This document shows positions 28,935 through 34,488 of a stretch of DNA of 34,488 bases, one piece after another. A program made the position numbers and the translations under genes. The notes below the pieces were generated by a model. That model was not told the origin of the DNA and did not search any database. It saw only the letters and a program-made list of their open reading frames with translations. Position 1 is the first letter of the stretch. Every line of letters begins with the position of its first letter. This DNA comes from a virus (taxonomy: Duplodnaviria; Caudoviricetes): positions 1 to 34,488 of the IMG/VR virus record IMGVR_UViG_3300042140_000289; one strand, 5' to 3'.

Positions 28935-28963
28935 TCCTATTATATACGATGTATTTTATAAGA
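28935..28963 (-). promoter_or_regulatory. Variant copy of the phage promoter motif upstream of the nuclease-polymerase operon
   Basis: TCTTA-TAAAA-TACA-TCGTA-TATAATAGGA with exact spacing; followed by hairpin AATGTGA/TCACATT (28914-28932). Confidence 0.6.
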
Positions 28964-28972
28964 CAGTATACG

Positions 28973-29488
28973 TTAAGCAAAATAATAGGAGCAATCTGTT
29001 GGGTAGATGCTTTCTCCTGTGTGAGTTGACCTGAGGACGTCTGAGAACAACAATCCTTCAGATAACCCAGCTTCAATAATTGACGGATAAACAACATCTG
29101 TTTGTGCGTTTACTGTTTTGTTAAAGTAGACGTCTGGGTATTCGTTTGTCATTTGCCTGGCGTACATCTGAGCAAACCACCTAGGCCTCCAGGCCAAGTT
29201 ATTTGCACTGACGTGAGTTTTATTTCCATCTAAAACAATAACTGTATTACAATAAACGTTCCGTTCGTCTCCTTCGTCAAACGGAAGTGGTACAAATGCC
29301 TCCGCAACCAAAACTCTAATGGACCTAGTAACTCTGTACCCTTCTTGATTAACCAACGTTACTTTTAAATCTCCTTGCAGAGTCCTACTAAGGGCCATAA
29401 ACTTTTCTGCTTTTCGATTGTAAACACTGCCGTAGTTTGAAATAGAATAATTTTCATAGTTTTCAATTGGGTGCCAAACTTCTTCCAT
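28973..29488 (-). CDS. NUMOD4/HNH-like DNA-binding protein (HNH apparently degenerate)
   Basis: EVWHPIENY..YSISNYG (NUMOD4), LVAEAF, DGNK..NNL.W; start re-called at MEEVW after AAGGAG. Confidence 0.75.
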   Translation of the reverse strand: MEEVWHPIENYENYSISNYGSVYNRKAEKFMALSRTLQGDLKVTLVNQEGYRVTRSIRVLVAEAFVPLPFDEGDERNVYCNTVIVLDGNKTHVSANNLAWRPRWFAQMYARQMTNEYPDVYFNKTVNAQTDVVYPSIIEAGLSEGLLFSDVLRSTHTGESIYPTDCSYYFA

Positions 29489-29504
29489 TTTTATCTCCTT
29501 TTTT

Positions 29505-29704
29505 TTGTGCGTCAAATGTCAAAAATTTTTGCAAAAAACTTTTTTATAATTTGTAGATTATACGCTTACTATACACCCATATAAGTCGTATAATATTAAT
29601 AATAATAAAAAGTTTTTAGGTCGTTTTTCTCAGATATGACGCAGCCCAGAAATTCCTTTATTTTAAAGGGTTTTTAGCGTACTGAGCCACGTCATATCTG
29701 AGAA
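29505..29704. repeat. AT-rich intergenic region with inverted repeats (candidate replication origin)
   Basis: Perfect 15-bp inverted repeat TTCTCAGATATGACG (29627-29641)/(29690-29704) and an imperfect palindrome at ~29534-29617, next to the helicase. Confidence 0.55.
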
Positions 29705-29712
29705 GTTTAACG

Positions 29713-30903
29713 CTATACGTCAAAGACCGGGCCAAACTTTTCGTTATCCTGTATAAATTTTCGTTCATTAAAGTTCTTTTTTGAAGTCAAAGATTCTTTG
29801 ATTGCTCGGTCAATCACAGAATTTGACGTAAGTACATAGTAGTATAACTTCTTATAAGGCGTGTCAAGACGGTCAATTCTACCTTGTGCTTGGATAAAGT
29901 TCTTGTAAGAATAGGTCATAGAGTATAAAACCATAGCATTAGTTGTGGTACAGTTCCATCCTTCTGCGCCGGCGGTGTATTGAACTAAATAAACCCAGGA
30001 GTCTTCCACTGGAATTGGGTCTTTTTTATGCCCATTCCATTCATATACATTTATTTCGTCGGAGAGAGTTCTTAGGATATCTAGCTCGTAATTAAAAGTG
30101 TAAAAGATTATAAGTTTTTTATGACACTTTATAAGAGTTCTAATCATATCCAGTCTAGAAGGATCTGTATTAACAATTCTTCGTATCAAACGAAATAGTT
30201 CAGACACGTCTTTTACAGGCCGCTCTTCGTAAACATTCCATCTTTCTTTGTATGCGATATCAAAGAGATGTTTGTCATAGTCAACATCAATATAGTTTAT
30301 AACTCGAACTGTGTTTTTAATAAACGGCATCTCGACTAGGACATCATTACGAAGTACTTCCAAATGTGCTTCATTTAAATACTTTCTAATTTTTGGATAC
30401 TTGGAGAATGGCTCATAAACCACGTGTTTCATTTTGAATTCAGTTGCGTTTTTGTAAAACCCATTAGCGACAAAGACTGGAATATAATCAATCCATGTGT
30501 CACCAGGAGTAGCGCTTAAAAGAACCCAAGAATTGTTTTTGGCAATCTTTAGAAAGCTTTTGGTCCAAGCTCCAGATCCAACTAATCTCTGCTCGTCAAA
30601 GACAAAAAAGTAATCTTTGTAATCTTCAAATTTTTTGATGTTGTTCCACGATTCAATAATGATCGCGCCAGAACAAGTAGCTTCTGGGTCTGGACTAATA
30701 CCAAATCGTGCTGCTTCCCTTTCCCATTCAAGACTATCTCGTTTTTTTGCCGTCGTAATTACGCAAATATCCTTAGGCGCTTCTTTCTCCACGTAATACC
30801 CAAGAACCGTAGCAGATTTACCTGTGCCAACACCTCCCCATAAAATCTTTCCACTCGACAGTTGATTAATAGCAAGTTTTTGATGCTTCATCAATTCAAT
30901 CAT
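29713..30903 (-). CDS. Superfamily-2 (SNF2-like) DNA helicase
   Basis: GVGTGKS, FDEQR, SATP, AEGWN and QAQGRIDR motifs. Confidence 0.9.
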   Translation of the reverse strand: MIELMKHQKLAINQLSSGKILWGGVGTGKSATVLGYYVEKEAPKDICVITTAKKRDSLEWEREAARFGISPDPEATCSGAIIIESWNNIKKFEDYKDYFFVFDEQRLVGSGAWTKSFLKIAKNNSWVLLSATPGDTWIDYIPVFVANGFYKNATEFKMKHVVYEPFSKYPKIRKYLNEAHLEVLRNDVLVEMPFIKNTVRVINYIDVDYDKHLFDIAYKERWNVYEERPVKDVSELFRLIRRIVNTDPSRLDMIRTLIKCHKKLIIFYTFNYELDILRTLSDEINVYEWNGHKKDPIPVEDSWVYLVQYTAGAEGWNCTTTNAMVLYSMTYSYKNFIQAQGRIDRLDTPYKKLYYYVLTSNSVIDRAIKESLTSKKNFNERKFIQDNEKFGPVFDV

Positions 30904-30924
30904 TTAATCCTCCTTTATAAAAGA

Positions 30925-30966
30925 AAAATGAAATGCCCTGTAAGTCAATACAAGGCATCTCATTTT
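30925..30966 (-). terminator. Cassette hairpin
   Basis: Plus strand AAAATGAAATGCCCTGTA..TACAAGGCATCTCATTTT; starts 3 nt after the TGA. Confidence 0.65.
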
Positions 30967-30968
30967 GA

Positions 30969-31262
30969 TCAGATCTTGACAAGGTAGTCAGAAGTGATCT
31001 GCTCTTCGCTGATGTCAAGTCCACCATTGATCTCACACAAGAGGTCGATGATCCGTCCGACATTGTTCCAAGCTTCCATGTCTTTGTCGGTCACGTTAGC
31101 GATACGCAATGGTGTTGACGGGTCCCAAAAGGTTCCGGTCTCTTCCATGTGACGCTTTTGCGCGGCAAAGAACTCAAAAGCCACAAGATTATATCTTAGG
31201 GCAACATCATCCTCAAGGATGAGATGTAGGGGACTTCCCAAAAACGAGTATACAGATTGCAT
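30969..31262 (-). CDS. Cassette protein (97 aa), unknown function
   Basis: RBS AAGGAG; promoter motif upstream, hairpin downstream. Confidence 0.8.
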   Translation of the reverse strand: MQSVYSFLGSPLHLILEDDVALRYNLVAFEFFAAQKRHMEETGTFWDPSTPLRIANVTDKDMEAWNNVGRIIDLLCEINGGLDISEEQITSDYLVKI

Positions 31263-31285
31263 CTATCTCTCCTTATTAGTAGGTC

Positions 31286-31314
31286 TCTCATTATACGCGT
31301 TGTAATTATTGCGA
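31286..31314 (-). promoter_or_regulatory. Conserved phage promoter motif
   Basis: TCGCA-ATAAT-TACA-ACGCG-TATAATGAGA. Confidence 0.8.
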
Positions 31315-31318
31315 GAGA

Positions 31319-31364
31319 AAAAGTGTGATGCCTTGTATTGGGTAATACAAGACACCGCACTTTT
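31319..31364 (-). terminator. Cassette hairpin
   Basis: Minus strand AAAAGTGCGGTGTCTTGTATT-ACCC-AATACAAGGCATCACACTTTT. Confidence 0.65.
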
Positions 31365-31369
31365 GAGTG

Positions 31370-31609
31370 TCACAGTCGATACCCGAGGGGGTGGTTCCTG
31401 ATCGCCTCCACGCGCCGCTCCGACTCCTTCCGGCGGCGGGCGAGCTGGACGCGGTGGGGGATCGACAGCATGTACCGACCCGCTCGGTAGGTACCGTAGC
31501 CGATGATGGCTCCGATAGCTGCGCGAGCGAGCAGGCTCATGCCGTCGTCCGAACCGCTTCCGGACTCGCCGTTGCCGGTCGTGTCGTTGTTGGTCGTGTC
31601 GTTGTTCAT
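31370..31609 (-). CDS. Cassette membrane protein (79 aa)
   Basis: Start re-called at MNNDTT after AAGGAG; hydrophobic core and Arg-rich tail; very GC-rich. Confidence 0.8.
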   Translation of the reverse strand: MNNDTTNNDTTGNGESGSGSDDGMSLLARAAIGAIIGYGTYRAGRYMLSIPHRVQLARRRKESERRVEAIRNHPLGYRL

Positions 31610-31642
31610 GGTCTCTCTCTCCTTTGGTAGGGGTTGTTTAAC

Positions 31643-31671
31643 TCTCATTATACGCTTTGTAATTCTTGCGA
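31643..31671 (-). promoter_or_regulatory. Conserved phage promoter motif
   Basis: TCGCA-AGAAT-TACA-AAGCG-TATAATGAGA. Confidence 0.8.
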
Positions 31672-31676
31672 GGCAA

Positions 31677-31720
31677 AAAGTGAGATGCCTTGTATTGGGT
31701 AATACAAGACACCGCACTTT
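31677..31720 (-). terminator. Cassette hairpin
   Basis: Near-identical to 31319..31364. Confidence 0.65.
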
Positions 31721-31724
31721 GAGA

Positions 31725-31970
31725 TCACTTCAGATTGATCATCATGATTGCGATATCGAAGTCAGCGAATCGCACCGCCTCTTTGATCGTGACCTCTTTC
31801 CTCATAGCAAGAACTCCGTACTCGATCAGGATGGCCATGGTTTCTGGATCGTTGGTGATCTCATCAAACCTGGACTCTCCGTGATAGAACAGGGTTTCTT
31901 TCCAGTATTGAAAGCCTCGATTGTTTTTGCAGGGATTCTTCAGAAGTCGAATGTAACGCATGTAACGCAT
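31725..31970 (-). CDS. Cassette protein (81 aa), unknown function
   Basis: RBS AAGGAG; flanked by the promoter motif and a hairpin. Confidence 0.8.
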   Translation of the reverse strand: MRYMRYIRLLKNPCKNNRGFQYWKETLFYHGESRFDEITNDPETMAILIEYGVLAMRKEVTIKEAVRFADFDIAIMMINLK

Positions 31971-31989
31971 GTTTCTCTCCTTTGGTTGG

Positions 31990-32018
31990 TCTCATTATAC
32001 GCCTTGTAATTGATGCGA
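31990..32018 (-). promoter_or_regulatory. Conserved phage promoter motif
   Basis: TCGCA-TCAAT-TACA-AGGCG-TATAATGAGA. Confidence 0.8.
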
Positions 32019-32022
32019 GAGA

Positions 32023-32068
32023 AAAAACGAAATGCTTTGTACCTCCTAATACATAGCATCTCGCTTTT
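32023..32068 (-). terminator. Cassette hairpin
   Basis: Plus strand CGAAATGCTTTGTA..TACATAGCATCTCG flanked by A/T runs. Confidence 0.6.
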
Positions 32069-32080
32069 GAGGGTAGTACC

Positions 32081-32269
32081 TCAGGTCGGGTTGTTGGTGG
32101 ACGACTCGTCGTCGACGATCATCTCGATCGTCTTCCGCTGCATCCGCTGCACCATCCAGTTCGCGGTGGTCACCGAAGCCACGTAGGCTCCAGCGATCAC
32201 GCCGATCCGGATGGCGAACTGAGCGAACGGCAAGACGCCGGGGATGGTGTCGTTGGTGTCGTTGTCCAT
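32081..32269 (-). CDS. Cassette membrane protein (62 aa)
   Basis: Start re-called at MDNDTNDT after AAGGAGG; one TM-like segment. Confidence 0.8.
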   Translation of the reverse strand: MDNDTNDTIPGVLPFAQFAIRIGVIAGAYVASVTTANWMVQRMQRKTIEMIVDDESSTNNPT

Positions 32270-32296
32270 TTCAGTCCTCCTTGATAGGTTGATAAC

Positions 32297-32325
32297 TCTC
32301 ATTATACGCCCTGTAATTCTTGCGA
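32297..32325 (-). promoter_or_regulatory. Conserved phage promoter motif
   Basis: TCGCA-AGAAT-TACA-GGGCG-TATAATGAGA. Confidence 0.8.
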
Positions 32326-32328
32326 GGC

Positions 32329-32374
32329 AAAAAGTAAGATGCCTTGTAATTAGCTACAAGACACCCTACTTTTT
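32329..32374 (-). terminator. Cassette hairpin
   Basis: Plus strand AAAAAGTAAGATGCCTTGTA..TACAAGACACCCTACTTTTT. Confidence 0.65.
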
Positions 32375-32377
32375 AGA

Positions 32378-32602
32378 TCAGTCCTTCTTCTTGGCCTTCT
32401 TCTTGACCTTCGATTCGACTTCGAGCTTCGTCTTGTCGTTTCGGCGGATCAGTTCTCCGATCTTACGCATGTGCCACCGGACAATCGTGACTCCACCGAT
32501 GCTGCAAAGAGCACCGATAATCACGATTCCAGCGACAGTCACAAGATCTTCTGAAGTGAACGCTTCCTCTTCGTTGACGCTCTGATCGGTTTCGTTGGTC
32601 AT
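32378..32602 (-). CDS. Cassette membrane protein (74 aa)
   Basis: RBS AAGGAGG; acidic N-terminus, TM helix, Lys-rich tail. Confidence 0.8.
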   Translation of the reverse strand: MTNETDQSVNEEEAFTSEDLVTVAGIVIIGALCSIGGVTIVRWHMRKIGELIRRNDKTKLEVESKVKKKAKKKD

Positions 32603-32628
32603 TTATTCCTCCTTGAATTAGGGATTGG

Positions 32629-32657
32629 TCTCATTATAAGCCTTGTAATTTATACGA
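32629..32657 (-). promoter_or_regulatory. Conserved phage promoter motif
   Basis: TCGTA-TAAAT-TACA-AGGCT-TATAATGAGA. Confidence 0.8.
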
Positions 32658-32662
32658 CGAAA

Positions 32663-32703
32663 AGATGAAATGCCTTGTAGGGGGTCTACAAGACATCTCA
32701 TCT
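32663..32703 (-). terminator. Cassette hairpin
   Basis: Plus strand AGATGAAATGCCTTGTAG..CTACAAGACATCTCATCT. Confidence 0.65.
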
Positions 32704-32726
32704 GAGCTTCCCTGAGTCTGGGTGAC

Positions 32727-32873
32727 TCAGCCGAACTTCCTGGCGTAGGCAGCACGGGACTGGCTCGAGCTCAGCGCATCGAGGAGCTTCGCGGCCGCCA
32801 TAACGGCGAACGAGCTCACGATGATGATCTTGACCGGGTCCTTGTCGTACTCTTCCTTCAGTCGGTCCAACAT
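32727..32873 (-). CDS. Cassette protein (48 aa), not in ORF track
   Basis: MLDRLKEEYDKDPVKIIIVSSFAVMAAAKLLDALSSSQSRAAYARKFG; RBS AAGGAGG; GC-rich third positions. Confidence 0.8.
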   Translation of the reverse strand: MLDRLKEEYDKDPVKIIIVSSFAVMAAAKLLDALSSSQSRAAYARKFG

Positions 32874-32898
32874 GTTTCCTCCTTGATTATAGGGTTGG

Positions 32899-32927
32899 TC
32901 TCATTATACGCTTTGTAATTCCTGCGA
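32899..32927 (-). promoter_or_regulatory. Conserved phage promoter motif
   Basis: TCGCA-GGAAT-TACA-AAGCG-TATAATGAGA. Confidence 0.8.
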
Positions 32928-33095
32928 CTACTCGTCCCCCTGAGCCTCAAGATACGCGTAAAAGATCCACTGCTCAAAGTCAGTCAACTTTTCAGCAGGC
33001 TTTACCGACATTTTGAATGCCGTGTTAAGTCCCCACGCCGCTCCAAGAAACGTGCAAAAGAGAAACGTTACCAAATAACCGATGAACTTGAACAT
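32928..33095 (-). CDS. Small membrane protein (55 aa), not in ORF track
   Basis: MFKFIGYLVTFLFCTFLGAAWGLNTAFK...; RBS AGGAGG; lacks its own promoter motif and hairpin. Confidence 0.75.
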   Translation of the reverse strand: MFKFIGYLVTFLFCTFLGAAWGLNTAFKMSVKPAEKLTDFEQWIFYAYLEAQGDE

Positions 33096-33112
33096 TTTAA
33101 TCCTCCTAATTG

Positions 33113-33156
33113 AAAAGTGAAATGCCTTGTATATTCATACAAGACACCTCACTTTT
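33113..33156 (-). terminator. Cassette hairpin
   Basis: Plus strand AAAAGTGAAATGCCTTGTAT..ATACAAGACACCTCACTTTT. Confidence 0.65.
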
Positions 33157-33158
33157 GG

Positions 33159-33335
33159 TCACTCTCCGTTGTGGATGTGCACTTCGACCCAGGGGCCAGA
33201 GCGCGAGATGAAGTAGACGGCCGTGAGCCCCACGAGGCTGACGAACATCACTGCCTTGCGGCGGTTTGCTCGTGCTTCGCGGATCTCTGCGGCGGTCCGC
33301 TTCGACTCCATCTGGTCGATCAGTCGGTTGTACAT
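33159..33335 (-). CDS. Cassette membrane protein (58 aa)
   Basis: Start re-called at MYNRL after AAGGAGG; TM-like AVMFVSLVGLTAVYFI. Confidence 0.8.
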   Translation of the reverse strand: MYNRLIDQMESKRTAAEIREARANRRKAVMFVSLVGLTAVYFISRSGPWVEVHIHNGE

Positions 33336-33353
33336 AATTCCTCCTTGGTTAGG

Positions 33354-33382
33354 TTCCATTATATACCTTGTAATTTCTACGA
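33354..33382 (-). promoter_or_regulatory. Conserved phage promoter motif
   Basis: TCGTA-GAAAT-TACA-AGGTA-TATAATGGAA. Confidence 0.75.
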
Positions 33383-33553
33383 CCGTCGAGCCAAGAGATC
33401 GATCAGCGGGATCAAAGCGTCGGGGGCCTCAGCTCCCAGGGCGTAGATCTCGTCCAACATTCTGCTGGGAATGCTCGAGTTGAACACGTGGAACCAATCT
33501 CCGTACTCTGCGACCCACCGAGAGGACTTTTGGTTAAAGTACAAGTGCAACAT
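33377..33553 (-). CDS. Hypothetical protein (58 aa), not in ORF track
   Basis: MLHLYFNQKSSRWVAEYGDWFHVFNSS...LLARRS; RBS AAGGAG. Confidence 0.7.
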   Translation of the reverse strand: MLHLYFNQKSSRWVAEYGDWFHVFNSSIPSRMLDEIYALGAEAPDALIPLIDLLARRS

Positions 33554-33574
33554 TTAATCTCCTTAGTCGTGGAT

Positions 33575-34091
33575 TAGATGAGCAGTTTTACTTCATGCTC
33601 AGGAAGGTTTCCGTCAGATACCCTGTCGGTACGACCTAGCGAATAAGCCCCGCTAGGCGAACTGAGCAGTTTAGAGTCATACTCAGGACTAGGCGTTTAA
33701 GGTCAGCCAAAGACCGTAATGTGATGGAGTCTCAGTCCAAAACCCACCACAAGTTTTGGTATTATTTATAGTCTAATCCCAGGACTTTTTTGGTTAGTTA
33801 CGCGTTCCGATCTTTGCCCCCCAATAAGAGAACAAAGCACGCAACCGGGCTTCTAGCGGACACTAGAAGGATCACCAAAAAGGTTTTTTGTTTAACGAAT
33901 TCTTTTGTGGCCAAACAAAAGAAACTGCTGTGTTTTCCTTCACAGTCTATCTAAGGCGGCCTGACATGCGGGGCTCCGCACCAGACAGTAGAGCTCTTCA
34001 AATCAAGGAGAGAGAGGAAGGGTTTTGATTTGAATCTCTTAGCGCCTTAACGCTCTGAGCCTAAAGCCTATTTATAGTCGCTCAGTCGACT
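33575..34091 (-). ncRNA. Candidate structured non-coding RNA or long structured leader
   Basis: No ORF >=60 aa across ~540 bp; many hairpins, long-range stems and repeated pseudoknot-like units. Family not recognised. Confidence 0.45.
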
Positions 34092-34322
34092 TTAAGCAAC
34101 GTCATCAGTAATATCGATGAACTGAAGCTTTTCTCGGCCATCAATGACAACAAGCCTGAGAAGATAAATTCCAGGCTCGGTGATATGACCTTTCTCAATT
34201 GTCTTCTCAAGAAGCGTTGCAACTACTGGCGCTTCAAGAGTCCAAGCAGGAGGGCTAAAATCATACCCAGTCTCTCGAATCCAGACAATATAACCAAGTT
34301 GATATGACGTTGCTCCTAGCAT
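34092..34322 (-). CDS. Hypothetical protein (76 aa)
   Basis: RBS AAGGAG; TAATG coupling with the upstream gene. Confidence 0.7.
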   Translation of the reverse strand: MLGATSYQLGYIVWIRETGYDFSPPAWTLEAPVVATLLEKTIEKGHITEPGIYLLRLVVIDGREKLQFIDITDDVA

Positions 34323-34488
34323 TAATTCTCCTTAGCAACCGTAATAATTCGTGTTGGAATGTCTATCATTCGTGCAATCCTAATGAGAACTTCGTCGTTC
34401 CCAATATCAACAAACCGGATAACGTACTCTCCAGGTTCGTCAATATTGCCGTCCTCAATAGCTAATTCAATAAACTTAGAAAAAACTG
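34322..34488 (-). CDS. Partial hypothetical protein (5' end outside window), paralogue of 34092..34322
   Basis: Open frame ...IELAIEDGNIDEPGEYVIRFV...KEN*, similar to LEKTIEKGHITEPGIYLLRLV. Confidence 0.65.
   Translation of the reverse strand, partial: VFSKFIELAIEDGNIDEPGEYVIRFVDIGNDEVLIRIARMIDIPTRIITVAKEN

Noticed and set aside
31610-31717. Long N-terminal extensions in the ORF track (31717, 32302, 33359, 25025, 29515, 1440, 8476)
   Set aside because: They run through promoters, hairpins or upstream genes; downstream ATGs have clear SD sequences.
30925-33156. Hairpins as integron attC sites
   Set aside because: No RYYYAAC/GTTRRRY boxes, no integrase in the window, and the G-U pattern favours an RNA structure. 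The integron comparison is architectural only.
30925-33382. Regularly spaced repeats as a CRISPR array
   Set aside because: The intervening segments are 200-350 bp, variable in length, and contain RBS-led ORFs; there is no cas operon.
33579-33690. Hammerhead ribozyme (CTGA..TGA / AAAC resemblance)
   Set aside because: The core is not CUGANGA...GAAA with three stems and an NUH site; a pseudoknot explains the pairing better.
33763-34079. TATAAATA as a T4-type late promoter
   Set aside because: Only two copies were noticed, both embedded in RNA-like hairpin units; no gp55-like sigma factor was seen and no copy precedes the virion genes.
33575-34091. tmRNA, RNase P RNA or tRNA cluster
   Set aside because: No tRNA-like acceptor/T-arm ends, tag ORF or RNase P conserved motifs were found by eye.
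1-34488. Stop-codon reassignment or a diversity-generating retroelement
   Set aside because: Genes are full-length in the standard code with all three stops in use; no reverse transcriptase or TR/VR pair was seen.

Overview
Part of a tailed dsDNA (siphovirus-type) phage genome with all credible genes on the - strand. The host is probably a high-GC actinobacterium (inference from GC-rich small genes, AAGGAGG RBSs, TGA stops and a tRNA-Leu(UAA)), while most of the phage is AT-rich. In transcription order (right to left) the window holds: small genes; a ~540-bp highly structured non-coding region with tandem pseudoknots; an array of promoter-RBS-small gene-hairpin cassettes; an SF2 helicase; a palindromic AT-rich candidate origin; NUMOD4, VRR-NUC and PD-(D/E)XK nuclease genes; an 892-aa protein with the motifs of a single-chain two-barrel (YonO/cellular-RdRP-like) RNA polymerase; a candidate cos site; CHAP endolysin; small terminase; a collagen-fibre/esterase module; HNH, terminase, portal, protease-capsid fusion and head-tail/tail genes; two holin paralogues; one more cassette; and tRNA-Leu(UAA). 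The most interesting candidate system is a phage-specific transcription programme. It combines the DFDGD polymerase (three HTHs, plus an N-terminal LxHxG motif shared with head proteins, so possibly virion-packaged), ten copies of a fixed-spacing promoter TCGYA-N5-TACA-N5-TATAAT, TTA-free cassette genes and a UUA-decoding tRNA behind the same promoter. All calls come from reading the sequence by eye; no searches were run.
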